From the NCBI GenBank assembly GCA_021157605.1, contig JAGGWG010000020.1:1110-65109 (forward strand): a DNA stretch of 64,000 nt, in the 5' to 3' direction. The DNA is from a bacterium (GTDB lineage: Bacteria > Patescibacteriota > UBA1384 > JAGGWG01). A program made the translations under genes and the position numbers. Of this stretch, positions 30,992 to 40,140 are shown piece by piece. Within the stretch, counting starts at the first letter, position 1, and each line of letters starts with the position of its first letter. The notes beneath the pieces were generated by a model. That model had not been told where the DNA came from and did not search any database. It saw only the letters and a list, made by a program, of their open reading frames with translations.

Positions 30992-31037
30992 ATTTTATCC
31001 CACCGCTGACTTCTCTTTATCCACAGGTAAACTTATT
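30992..31037 (-). promoter_or_regulatory. pilT promoter with exact DnaA box
   Basis: Minus strand: AATAAGTTTACC-TGTGGATAA-N12-GGTGGGA-TAAAAT; box at 31017-31025. Confidence 0.7.
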
Positions 31038-32891
31038 CTAAAACTGCTCTTTTAGTTCTGCCCCCATAATTGAAACCCGCAAAGCCTCCTCTAATGTTGT
31101 TTCTCCTCTGGCAGCTTTAACTAAAGCATCTTCAAACATAGTCACCATACCTTTTTTTCTAGCTGCCCTTAAGATGTCTGTCCCCCTAACTCTTTGAGTA
31201 ATAAGTGCCTGTATTTCGTCATCTATCTCTATAGCCTCAAACACGCCAATTCGTCCCAAATACCCCTGATGGCAACGCGAATCCTCTATCCCTTTATAAA
31301 ATCTATAAGGAGGCTCGGGAATATCTAAACCGCTATTTTTAGGTATCTGTTTAATAATGCGAGCCACTTTTTCATAAAGAGCTTCAGGTATCTTTTCTTC
31401 AGTTTTGCCATAAGGGCAGATGCGTCTAACCAAACGCTGAGCTATAACTAAATTAATTGCAGAAGCAATCAAAAACGGCTCAATCCCCATATCAACTAAA
31501 CGTGGAATGGCGCCAGAAGCATTGTTGGTATGCAAAGTAGTCAAAACTAAATGGCCGGTCAAAGCCGCGTGGATTGCCATTTCTGCTGTTTCTTTATCCC
31601 TAATTTCACCAATCATAATAATATCTGGATCTTGCCTTAAAATCGACCGCAAACCAGAAGCAAAAGTAAAACCCGCCTGCGGTCTAATTTGTGACTGGGC
31701 AATACCTTCAATTTCATATTCAACTGGATCCTCTAAGGTGACAATATTAACTTCGGACCTGTTAATCATTGAAAGAGCTGCATAAAGAGTTGTTGTTTTT
31801 CCTGAACCAGTAGGGCCGGTAACAACCACCATGCCAAAAGGTTTTCTAATATTTTCTACCATATGCTCATAACTTGCCCCCCTTAAGCCAAGGGTTCTTA
31901 AATCCATCAATTTTTTTTCTTTTTCTAAAATGCGCATTACCACCTTTTCTCCATAAACAGTAGGCAAAGTGGAAATACGCAAATCAATTTTTTTCTCTCC
32001 AAACATCACACTAAAACGACCATCCTGAGGTTTTCTTCTCTCATCAATCCGAAGATCAGCCAAAATTTTGACACGGCTGACTAAAGCCGGAAGCAACTCC
32101 CTTTTAATCTCTGCTACCTGAGACAAAACTCCGTCAATACGATACCGGACTAAAACCTTATGAGAAAAAGGCTGAATATGGATATCTGAAGCTCTTTTAG
32201 AAATAGCAAAACTAATAATAGCAGCTATCATTTGGGGCACATAACCTTTAGCTAAAATATCTCGCAACTCCTGCACAGAACGCGGCTGCTCAACTAATAA
32301 TTTTTCTAAAGATGCCAACGCCTCCTTTTTTGTAGTATCAACAGCTGAAACTTGAGATTTTTTTGTGATCACCCGAGAAACAATATGAGCTGCACCGGCT
32401 TTCTTTTTAAGAATTTCTTTTTTGTAGTCTTTTATAGTTTTTTCTATTTGCGAAGGCAAAGCTCCATAAACCTCTAACTTAACTCTATTCTTATCCTCTA
32501 TATACCTGACCAATGCCCGAACTGCAGGATGCGTAGGCCAAGCAGTAGCTACTTTGTAAACCTTATCCCCCAAATGCTCAAATACTAAAATTTTGTACTT
32601 CTTAGCGATATCTAAAGGTATTTTTTTTAAAAGTTCTTTTGGTTTATGACTATAAAGATTTATTTCAGACACATTAGCTATCTGGCAAAGCACCTTGAGT
32701 ATCTCTCTTTCTCTCTGGCTAAACTTAGTGTATAAAATCTCTTCTAAGCGGTGGTTTTCTTTTTGTTTTATTCTCCTTAAAAGCTCTATCTCTTCTGGAC
32801 TAAAAACTCTTTGCTTTTCTAAGGCCAAAATTATCTCCTCCTCTTGGTCAATAGCCTTTTGGGGACGCAAAGATATCACTTTATTCAACAT
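31038..32891 (-). CDS. pilB: Type IV pilus assembly ATPase (GspE/PilB)
   Basis: ASDIHI, RIDG, PQDG, GPTGSGKTT, LRQDPD, GEIRD, QRLVR. Confidence 0.96.
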   Translation of the reverse strand: MLNKVISLRPQKAIDQEEEIILALEKQRVFSPEEIELLRRIKQKENHRLEEILYTKFSQREREILKVLCQIANVSEINLYSHKPKELLKKIPLDIAKKYKILVFEHLGDKVYKVATAWPTHPAVRALVRYIEDKNRVKLEVYGALPSQIEKTIKDYKKEILKKKAGAAHIVSRVITKKSQVSAVDTTKKEALASLEKLLVEQPRSVQELRDILAKGYVPQMIAAIISFAISKRASDIHIQPFSHKVLVRYRIDGVLSQVAEIKRELLPALVSRVKILADLRIDERRKPQDGRFSVMFGEKKIDLRISTLPTVYGEKVVMRILEKEKKLMDLRTLGLRGASYEHMVENIRKPFGMVVVTGPTGSGKTTTLYAALSMINRSEVNIVTLEDPVEYEIEGIAQSQIRPQAGFTFASGLRSILRQDPDIIMIGEIRDKETAEMAIHAALTGHLVLTTLHTNNASGAIPRLVDMGIEPFLIASAINLVIAQRLVRRICPYGKTEEKIPEALYEKVARIIKQIPKNSGLDIPEPPYRFYKGIEDSRCHQGYLGRIGVFEAIEIDDEIQALITQRVRGTDILRAARKKGMVTMFEDALVKAARGETTLEEALRVSIMGAELKEQF

Positions 32892-32958
32892 TGTTCTAAT
32901 TATACCATCTTTTCCTTTTCAAAACTTTTATATCACGGGTTCCAAAAAAGAAAAAAAC

Positions 32959-33174
32959 CTATTGAAAAGGATTTGTTTTGCCAATCTGCTCAGCTGAATA
33001 AGTAATGGGAAGATTGGTATAGGAAGATCTATTTTTTAATTCAGAAACTGTTTTTTCTTTTTGCACTGAAACATAGGAAGTATTGGTTTCCTCGGGACGG
33101 GAAAACCAATAAAGCAAAACCACAGCTGCTACCCCAATAATAGCCAACAGGATAAAATTTCCAGTTTTTTTCAT
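32959..33174 (-). CDS. Small membrane-anchored protein (positionally PilP-like)
   Basis: One TM helix, C-terminal GKTNPF; directly after pilO. Confidence 0.6.
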   Translation of the reverse strand: MKKTGNFILLAIIGVAAVVLLYWFSRPEETNTSYVSVQKEKTVSELKNRSSYTNLPITYSAEQIGKTNPFQ

Positions 33175-33179
33175 AAATT

Positions 33180-33713
33180 TTATTTAGCTAAATAGTAAAC
33201 TATTAATTTAAAATTAGCACTCAAATTGCCATCAAGATTCTTAGAAAGAGTAAGGCTATCTATACGAGAAACACGTTTTATTTTTTCTAAACGAGAGATA
33301 AAATTTTTAAGATTATTATAGCTTCCTTCTGCAGTTATGGTTAACTCATAAGAAGTAATGGTCCCTTTTTTAGCTGAATTGGCAGAATAATCTAAAGAAG
33401 GAGAAAAATCACTTAAGCCCACTTGTGACTTAAAGGCAGCTGCCTCAATACTGGACAATAACTCTGCTGTCGCTGAACTATCAGGAAGAGCTATCTGTAA
33501 TTCTTGTTGGAAAGTACTTTCTTTTATCTTTTCACTTAAAGCACGAGTAAAATCTTGGCGCGCCTCCCAATTGACTAGTTCTTGTTTTGTTTCTCCTAAT
33601 TCTTGACCAGAAGCAAAAAGCAATTTTGCTCCTTGGAAAATACCAAAATAAAGTACTACTATGCCTAAAACAACTAAACCGATTGATACCAAACTTGATT
33701 TATTAAACCTCAT
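33180..33713 (-). CDS. pilO: Type IV pilus alignment protein PilO
   Basis: TM, coiled coil, LP motif, GSYNNLKNFISRLEKIKR. Confidence 0.85.
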   Translation of the reverse strand: MRFNKSSLVSIGLVVLGIVVLYFGIFQGAKLLFASGQELGETKQELVNWEARQDFTRALSEKIKESTFQQELQIALPDSSATAELLSSIEAAAFKSQVGLSDFSPSLDYSANSAKKGTITSYELTITAEGSYNNLKNFISRLEKIKRVSRIDSLTLSKNLDGNLSANFKLIVYYLAK

Positions 33714-33714
33714 T

Positions 33715-34209
33715 TTAAAGTTTAGATTCTAAAATAAAAGAAACAATCACTTTACCGTTTTCTGCTGAATGGTTGGCTTCCCTAACCTCTACATTATCTA
33801 ATAATGCACTCTGCTGTTTTAAAGCGGTAGCAAAAAGAGGCACAGAACGGTAATCAGTAGTAATCCCACCAATAATTAACTTATCCTTCTCAATCTCTAT
33901 TGAAGAAAGAACAGTATTTTTGGGAATAGATTTTTCAATATCAGCGAGAAGTTTGCTCACCACTGGCTGACCATACAAAGTAGCTAACTTGCCTATTCGG
34001 CCTTCCAATTGAGAAAGCTCTTCCTCATCAACCTGAGCATAAACCTCAGCTTTGATTGACTGAATTTTTGAATTTTGACGCTGAACAACAATCATCCTCC
34101 AAGCATATCCTAACCAAATAATTAAAGCTAAAGCCAAAAAATATATTACCCCTCCTACTAAAAGACGGTTATCTCCTGATAATGTTAATTTTTTCTCTGT
34201 TTCTTCCAT
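33715..34209 (-). CDS. pilN: Type IV pilus alignment protein PilN
   Basis: TM, coiled coil, IPKNTVLSSI...LIIGG; ATG at 34209 preferred over the TTG at 34239. Confidence 0.8.
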   Translation of the reverse strand: MEETEKKLTLSGDNRLLVGGVIYFLALALIIWLGYAWRMIVVQRQNSKIQSIKAEVYAQVDEEELSQLEGRIGKLATLYGQPVVSKLLADIEKSIPKNTVLSSIEIEKDKLIIGGITTDYRSVPLFATALKQQSALLDNVEVREANHSAENGKVIVSFILESKL

Positions 34210-34219
34210 TCTGTCTTTT

Positions 34220-34265
34220 ATTATACTAAATTTCGCCAATTTAAGTTATCCACACCAACTTTATT
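34220..34265 (-). promoter_or_regulatory. pilN promoter with exact DnaA box
   Basis: Minus strand: AATAAAGTTGG-TGTGGATAA-N20-TATAAT; box at 34246-34254. Confidence 0.65.
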
Positions 34266-36480
34266 CGGAAGGTGGGTAATAAAGATATATTTTTTCTAAC
34301 AAAGGAGAAAGTCCAGGGATATCACGCCAATAAGCCTCTTTATCTCTTCCCTGAATTTCAACATTGCCTTCAATCTTTTTAGCAATAAAAGCCCCTAAAA
34401 GATTAACTGGCGACTGAACCTTTATTGTTCCTCCGATATCCCCATAGGGCAAAACAATAAATACACCGCGCGCGCAGCTTATATCAGAAGATAAATTTAA
34501 ATTTCCTCCCCAAACTAAAACGCCAAAAGTTTTTTCACAAACAGCACTCGCTAAATCAGAACTCAAAATATATTCTCTACCCGGCGAACTTCTGGAATCA
34601 AGAATATAAAGCCTGCCTGAACGCAAAGTCAAACCATCCAAACTATCAACTACCTTTATACCTGTCGGCTGCTCACTGAGAAAATATTCCAAAATTCCAC
34701 TTACCTCTTTTTGAAATCGTTGTGAAGCAGAATAACTCTCTTCCTCAAAATCATAATCACGCAAAAGAGCCAAACTGCCTTGGGGATAATGAAAACTGCT
34801 ATTAGCAGAAAGCACAACCAAATCAGCTCTCAAGGGAATATCCTGACTTTCTAAATATATATCACCTTGACCTGAAATTCCGGGAGAAACAAGAAGGTTG
34901 TATTGGGGCAAACTGTTTTCCTCCAAACGACCTTCCTGAGAAGCAAACCACTGTATTTTAGAACCAGCACAATCCACACATCCGGAACCTAAAGCACTAT
35001 CTTTAATAGAAAAATATATCTTTAAATTTAAGTTTTCAAATATGGTATCTTCTGGAAAAACAATCTCTAACTGCCCATTATTCTCATTTACACTATCAGG
35101 CACAACCTGAACTCCACCGGCAAAAGCCTCAACACTATTAAAAGTAAGCAAAGATGGGGAAAAACTTTCCACTACTTTTATGCCTCCCGTACCACTCAAA
35201 GCTTCTAATATCTGGCGGAAAATACTCTCAATGTTTTCACTTCCTTGAGGAATATAGTAGTACATTCCTCCAGTTTCAAAAGATAAGCCATTTAAAAGAT
35301 TAAATTTGACACCTGGCAAAGGCAAATCTGTCTTGACCAAAGAATATTGGATTCCTGACCTTTCCCTAACTTCAAAAACCGCACTTCTGTCTCCGCCTCT
35401 ACCATCAATGCTGCCTGGACACACAGAAGACGGACAGTTATAAATAGGATGAATAGATGTTAAAGACGAGGATTCTCTCGGAGGGCTCCCATCCGCATCT
35501 TCGCCATAACCTACATTGTATAATTTAATATTATCGCTCTTAAGCGCCTCAATTAATTCTAAGGAATTAGCTGGCGGATGATTGGTGTCACAATCATAAT
35601 GCGGATTCCGACTAGGATTCTCAAGATATCTCTTAAAATCCCAATTTTCTGTGCAGGCATACTGAGGATTGTTTTGATTTAAATAACAAGCGCTTTCATT
35701 CCCCGGACTAGGATTAGCAATATAAAATATATTTTCTTTACCCTGTCTGCCATCTGTAAAATTTAAAATTACTTTTTTGGCTGAATTATTTTTTACCTTG
35801 TTATTAAACAACCTTAATCCTTCTGAAAGTCCCCACCCCATTGCTGTCTGGTGGCATTTGCGATCAGCAATACGGTCTTCGGTAATTTTCTCAACTTGCT
35901 GACGTAAACTACTAACTTGAGAAGTAAAATTAATTTCTTCTACCCAATTAGGGTTATTATAGGTCTCTTTCCATTCACCGTTATAATAACCAATCATTGT
36001 GTCATAACGCAGTAAAGCCACCCTTATCTTTGTTGAAGAAGTTCTTCTTAAATTAATTTGCTCTAAACTATCCAAAAAAGTTAATAAACCTTCCTGTGCC
36101 GCTTCCATTTTACTCCGACAACTCTCGTTTAATTCCCTTCCATCTTCACATTTATTGGTCATAGACCAACTACTATCTACCAAAAGAAGTAAATAAGTCT
36201 CCTGGGCTTCTTTTTTTAATGGTTCTATTTCTAAATCAATCTGAATATTAGCTCTATTTCTTACTTCATTAGTTGTGGAGGAAGAAAGGAGACGGTTTTG
36301 CCCTCGATAAACCTCGTAAACACTCTTAGCAAAAACAGGGAGCTCACCCTCTTCTATTCCTTCTTCTGAAAAAAGAAAAAGATGCGCTGCTGGCGGTGGA
36401 ACCATTCCTAAAACTGTATTAGAGGACAACATCAAAAATAAAGCTACTGCTAAAACAAACAATTTTTTAAAACTATGCAT
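34261..36480 (-). CDS. Secreted vWA-domain protein, candidate pilus-associated adhesin
   Basis: Signal peptide; MIDAS DSSWS...TAMG...FTDG; 12 Cys; first gene of the pil locus. Confidence 0.8.
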   Translation of the reverse strand: MHSFKKLFVLAVALFLMLSSNTVLGMVPPPAAHLFLFSEEGIEEGELPVFAKSVYEVYRGQNRLLSSSTTNEVRNRANIQIDLEIEPLKKEAQETYLLLLVDSSWSMTNKCEDGRELNESCRSKMEAAQEGLLTFLDSLEQINLRRTSSTKIRVALLRYDTMIGYYNGEWKETYNNPNWVEEINFTSQVSSLRQQVEKITEDRIADRKCHQTAMGWGLSEGLRLFNNKVKNNSAKKVILNFTDGRQGKENIFYIANPSPGNESACYLNQNNPQYACTENWDFKRYLENPSRNPHYDCDTNHPPANSLELIEALKSDNIKLYNVGYGEDADGSPPRESSSLTSIHPIYNCPSSVCPGSIDGRGGDRSAVFEVRERSGIQYSLVKTDLPLPGVKFNLLNGLSFETGGMYYYIPQGSENIESIFRQILEALSGTGGIKVVESFSPSLLTFNSVEAFAGGVQVVPDSVNENNGQLEIVFPEDTIFENLNLKIYFSIKDSALGSGCVDCAGSKIQWFASQEGRLEENSLPQYNLLVSPGISGQGDIYLESQDIPLRADLVVLSANSSFHYPQGSLALLRDYDFEEESYSASQRFQKEVSGILEYFLSEQPTGIKVVDSLDGLTLRSGRLYILDSRSSPGREYILSSDLASAVCEKTFGVLVWGGNLNLSSDISCARGVFIVLPYGDIGGTIKVQSPVNLLGAFIAKKIEGNVEIQGRDKEAYWRDIPGLSPLLEKIYLYYPPSE

Positions 36481-36540
36481 TAAGTCAATTATAGCAGAAC
36501 TAAAAAAATATTAAAAAGTGGAATAAAAAACTACCTTACT

Positions 36541-37008
36541 TTACTTTTTAAACCCCACCCATTTAGCTAATTCATCCAACTCTCGTACCCCTACTTTTGC
36601 TTCCCCTTTATACTTCCAAGTAGGCACTCCCTCAATTTGCGCCTGATTACACACAGCCATATTTTCTTCAAAATAGCAATCTATACTCTTTAGATATTTT
36701 TGCGCTTCCCCAAACATCTCCAATTGATCATGGCAATGAGGACAACTATTTCCATAGTAAAGCACCACACCTTTCTCTGCTAAAAACTTTGCCAACCTCT
36801 CTTTATCTTTGTTGCTCCAATCAGCTGAATAGTTCTGCTCCTCATTATTGCTTTCTAACGGACCCGTTACTTCGCCAGCAACATTTTGGGTAGATTTGCT
36901 TTTAATATACCAATACATACCGCCAACAGCAGCCAAAAAAATAATAAAAAAACCTAACACTGCCAAACCAATTCGCTCACCAATCTTATCTGCTTGTTTC
37001 TTTTTCAT
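36541..37008 (-). CDS. Membrane-anchored thioredoxin-fold protein (VKOR-Trx/DsbA-like)
   Basis: TM, YYGNSCPHCHDQLEMFG, second Cys pair, GVPTW; the ORF-track start overlaps tRNA-Trp, so the ATG at 37008 is used. Confidence 0.85.
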   Translation of the reverse strand: MKKKQADKIGERIGLAVLGFFIIFLAAVGGMYWYIKSKSTQNVAGEVTGPLESNNEEQNYSADWSNKDKERLAKFLAEKGVVLYYGNSCPHCHDQLEMFGEAQKYLKSIDCYFEENMAVCNQAQIEGVPTWKYKGEAKVGVRELDELAKWVGFKK

Positions 37009-37035
37009 AAAAGGAATTGTTTTAAAAATAACAAA

Positions 37036-37107
37036 CAGGAGCGGGAGGACTCGAACCCCCAACTCCGGTTTTGGAGACCGGCAGTTTACCAGTTAGCCTA
37101 CGCTCCC
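37036..37107 (-). tRNA. tRNA-Trp (CCA)
   Basis: GGGAGCG acceptor stem, CCGGT-CTCCAAA-ACCGG anticodon arm, GGTTCGAGTCC; no encoded CCA end. Confidence 0.96.
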
Positions 37108-37129
37108 ATTATTAAAACTTAATTTTTAA

Positions 37130-37312
37130 CTACCTTACTTCCTCATGTAGTGTTCTTTGACGGCAAACAGAACAATACTTTTTAAGTCTAAGCTTCTCTT
37201 GTTCTTGCACTAAACGCCGCGACTTACTTACGCGGTAATTTAAGCGCTTGCATTTTTGACAAGCTAATTTTACCAAATTTTTCTTTTCCTTTTTTGCTGT
37301 TGCTTCTGCCAT
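37130..37312 (-). CDS. rpmG: 50S ribosomal protein L33
   Basis: LACQKC...NY...LKKYCSVCRQRTLHEE. Confidence 0.95.
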   Translation of the reverse strand: MAEATAKKEKKNLVKLACQKCKRLNYRVSKSRRLVQEQEKLRLKKYCSVCRQRTLHEEVR

Positions 37313-37378
37313 AACTAATTTTTATTTTATCTAATTGATTTTAATTAGCAACCAAAAGATACCCTCCTTTGATTATTT

Positions 37379-37464
37379 TGCCCGGGGAGGGAGTCGAACC
37401 CTCACGTCCGCAAGCGGACAAGGGATTTTAAGTCCCTTGCGTCTACCAATTCCGCCACCCGGGC
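37379..37464 (-). tRNA. tRNA-Leu (TAA)
   Basis: GCCCGGG acceptor stem, AGGGA-CTTAAAA-TCCCT, long variable arm, GGTTCGACTCC. Confidence 0.96.
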
Positions 37465-37549
37465 ACAAAACCTCTGGACAAAGGGCCTTAAATTTTTTAA
37501 TGCCACCCAAATCAATCTCTTTAATTCCGTTTAGGCATCCTATTCTTTT

Positions 37550-37633
37550 TGGGGAGGGCAGGATTCGAACCTGCGTAGCCACAAGGGCGCCAGTTTTACA
37601 GACTGGTGCGTTTGACCACTCCGCCACCTCCCC
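37550..37633 (-). tRNA. tRNA-Tyr (GTA)
   Basis: GGGGAGG acceptor stem, CCAGT-CTGTAAA-ACTGG, long variable arm, GGTTCGAATCC. Confidence 0.96.
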
Positions 37634-37665
37634 GGAAAAAATACTCTCACTTTAAGATCCCTTTT

Positions 37666-38298
37666 TCAAGCAATTTTGCGCTCTACTGATTCTAAAATAG
37701 CTCTATACCTTACATTGTGGGGCTCGATTTCAAGCGCCTGCTTTATTGCCTCTCTTGCTTCCTTAAAACGTTCTAAACCAACCAGAGCCAAAGCCAAATC
37801 AGCCCAACGGTAAGCAATTTTATTGTTAAAATGCAGAGCCTTATCAAAGCTTTCAGCTGCCTGACGATAATCTTTATTTTTCAAAAAAGCTAAACCTAAA
37901 GCATGGTAGTAAAATCCATTTTCTGAATCTCGTCTAATAGCTGTTTTTAAAGCAGAAATAGCATTTTTGTATTTCTTCTGTTCAAGATACAAAAGACCCA
38001 ACTCATAAAAAACTACTGCTTTTTGAGAAAAAATACCCAATAGTTTTAGCAAAACCTTTTCCGCCTTATCTACTTCACCTTTACGTTTCAAACTTCTCAC
38101 TTTTTCTAAAGCCTTTTCAAGCTTCAATTTTTTCTTTAACAAAGTTTCTCTTTTTTTCTTTTGATTCTGTAGTTTAGATGAAAGAGGAGTTTTAACTAAA
38201 CTCTGTTCACTTACACCTTGAGAAGCAATTAAATGAAAACGTTTAAAAAGAACAACTAAAATAACACTAAGGATCAAAACCAAAACAACTTGCAGCAT
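37666..38298 (-). CDS. Membrane-anchored TPR protein
   Basis: N-terminal TM followed by about 4 TPR-like repeats (YELGLLY...A, YHALGLAF...A). Confidence 0.85.
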   Translation of the reverse strand: MLQVVLVLILSVILVVLFKRFHLIASQGVSEQSLVKTPLSSKLQNQKKKRETLLKKKLKLEKALEKVRSLKRKGEVDKAEKVLLKLLGIFSQKAVVFYELGLLYLEQKKYKNAISALKTAIRRDSENGFYYHALGLAFLKNKDYRQAAESFDKALHFNNKIAYRWADLALALVGLERFKEAREAIKQALEIEPHNVRYRAILESVERKIA

Positions 38299-38311
38299 AA
38301 CTTTAAATAAG

Positions 38312-39118
38312 TTAGTTTTTTTTGGGAACTACCTGGTCAGCTTTTACTACTGCTGTTCCTCCGTCTTTAAAACGCACCACAACCTCTCTAGTCAAGATAT
38401 TACCAGAAATTACCTCCCCCTCTTTGTCTCCAATTTTAACAGCTGTTCCTATCTTTGGCAACTTTTTGGCTTCTTCTTTATAAACCCCTTGTTCATAAAG
38501 CAGACAGCAACGCAAACGACCACATACCCCTTTAGACTTCTCTCTTGAAGCAACAGCTGACAACTGCTCTTTAACCATATCTGGAGTAATCTTAACTAAA
38601 TTTGATAAAAACCTTTGGCAACAAAGCTCTTGTCCACAAATCCCAATCCCTCCTTTAATCAAAGCAGACTGGCGAGGAGTAATCTGTTGCAAACGAATTA
38701 CCTGAGGAAAAAGAGAAATAAGCTCTCTTAAAAGCTCTCTAAAGTCAATCCTTTGCGGAGCAGTATAGTAAAAAATAAGCCTTTTTTGATCAAAAGTAAT
38801 ATATGCCTTTATAGGTTTCATCCCTTCTTTATCTAATTTATATTTTTTTACGAGATCGCTAAAAACTTTAAAGGATTTCTTTTCTTTAATTTTCGCGTTC
38901 AATAAATAAGTTTCAAGTTCTTTTTCTTTGCCGCTTAAAAAACGAATGATTTTTCCTTTAACTTCTTTCTTGTCTGGATGCTTAACCAAACCTAAAACCC
39001 TTCCAATTTCACGCCCCCACTCACTTTCTACTACAGCGTAAGGTTCTATCTTTCCTTCAAACTCAAAAATGCCTCTTTCTTCTCCTCCTCTTGTTTGCAA
39101 AAGAATATATTTCTTCAT
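38312..39118 (-). CDS. ricT: PSP1-domain protein RicT/YaaT
   Basis: RIDFRELL, GGIGICGQELCC, GVCGRLRCCLLYE; follows holB as in Firmicutes. Confidence 0.9.
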   Translation of the reverse strand: MKKYILLQTRGGEERGIFEFEGKIEPYAVVESEWGREIGRVLGLVKHPDKKEVKGKIIRFLSGKEKELETYLLNAKIKEKKSFKVFSDLVKKYKLDKEGMKPIKAYITFDQKRLIFYYTAPQRIDFRELLRELISLFPQVIRLQQITPRQSALIKGGIGICGQELCCQRFLSNLVKITPDMVKEQLSAVASREKSKGVCGRLRCCLLYEQGVYKEEAKKLPKIGTAVKIGDKEGEVISGNILTREVVVRFKDGGTAVVKADQVVPKKN

Positions 39119-39771
39119 ACTTTATTTAATTTTCTCTTTTTTAATAGAATATAAAGGTTTAACCAAAAAAGATCCAGATTTATATTAATTTTTTTAGCTT
39201 GGAGATAAGCAGACAGAATAATCGGCAAAAAAATCTTATTCTTCTCTTTTCTTAAAGCTAAAAGCCATGAAAAAAGCAACTTTTTAAGCTCTTCTCTATT
39301 TTTAGGTTTATCCTGCATCCAGCTGTCTAGATTAATTAATTCTAAATGGTTATCTTTTTCATCTTGAGTAAAGTAAAAATAGTACTTCTGACAACGAGAA
39401 AGAACGGTTTCCAAAACCCCCTCTTCTGAAGAAGCAAAAAGAATATACACTTGCCCAACTCTTGTTTCCTCTAATGCCTTTAAAAGTGCGTTTTGAACAC
39501 TTTTGTTGGCAAGATTAAAGTGTTTTAGAGCCAAAACCTTAAAATCCGAAATGGGTTTTTTCTCCATTTTTGATAACAAAAAACGAACTGAGTCCACTTT
39601 TTCTTCTCCCGGCTCAAGCCAGTCTAAAACCTGAAGCCTCTTGCTGTTAAAAAGCTCTTTCTTTAAAAACTGGCTGCAGCTTTCCATCTCTTTTTCTGGC
39701 ACAAACAACAAAAAACTGCCTTTTTTCTCTGTCTTTATCTTTTGGACAAACTCTTTTAGTTGTTTTTCCAT
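39115..39771 (-). CDS. holB: DNA polymerase III delta' subunit-like (reduced)
   Basis: VQNALLKALEE, LETVLSRC; probable ATG at 39771. Confidence 0.8.
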   Translation of the reverse strand: MEKQLKEFVQKIKTEKKGSFLLFVPEKEMESCSQFLKKELFNSKRLQVLDWLEPGEEKVDSVRFLLSKMEKKPISDFKVLALKHFNLANKSVQNALLKALEETRVGQVYILFASSEEGVLETVLSRCQKYYFYFTQDEKDNHLELINLDSWMQDKPKNREELKKLLFSWLLALRKEKNKIFLPIILSAYLQAKKININLDLFWLNLYILLKKRKLNKV

Positions 39772-39811
39772 AAATACATTAATATAATGAAACAAGAAAA
39801 AAAGAAAAACA

Positions 39812-40132
39812 ATGGCAGAAGAAATCAAAACAGACAAAACTATTATTTGCGCTAAATGTAATAAACCATTTGTTTGGTCTAAAGAAGAACAAGCTTACTA
39901 TCAAAAAATTGGACTTAAACATGAACCCAAACTCTGCCCCAAGTGTCGCGAGGAAAGAAAAAAAATGAAAGCCAAGGAAATAACCTGCCTTAAGTGCGGA
40001 AGAAAAGGGCATATACGGGGAGAGATACCTGATCTAAAGGGCTATTGTGAGCCTTGTTTTGAAGAAATTATTCAAGAGGCAAAAAATAAAGGGGAAGAGA
40101 TTAAAGAAATTCGCGAACCAGAAAAACAATAA
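39812..40132 (+). CDS. Zinc-ribbon / CxxC-x17-CxxC protein
   Basis: DKTIICAKC...F.WS.EEQ.YY...PKLCPKCR, then CLKC...CEPCF. Confidence 0.85.
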   Translation: MAEEIKTDKTIICAKCNKPFVWSKEEQAYYQKIGLKHEPKLCPKCREERKKMKAKEITCLKCGRKGHIRGEIPDLKGYCEPCFEEIIQEAKNKGEEIKEIREPEKQ

Positions 40133-40140
40133 AACAAAAC

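Noticed and set aside
30238-31560. 32/33-nt identity between pilT (30238-30270) and pilB (31528-31560)
   Set aside because: It encodes the invariant His-box TGHLVLTTLHT in both paralogues; strong codon bias probably explains it without gene conversion.
28660-34254. DnaA-box cluster as oriC
   Set aside because: The boxes are single, kilobases apart and tied to promoters; there is no dnaA/dnaN nearby, no unwinding region and no change in gene orientation.
20187-37035. pil block as a genomic island integrated at tRNA-Trp
   Set aside because: No integrase, no duplicated tRNA 3' end, and the block includes housekeeping genes (ileS, rodA, rnhA) with similar composition.
37465-37549. Spacer between tRNA-Tyr and tRNA-Leu as a degenerate tRNA
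   Set aside because: Only a weak ATGCC/GGCAT hairpin; no T-loop or cloverleaf.
37335-37655. ORFs 37335..37655 (+) and 37373..37627 (-)
   Set aside because: They overlap tRNA-Leu and tRNA-Tyr and are spurious.
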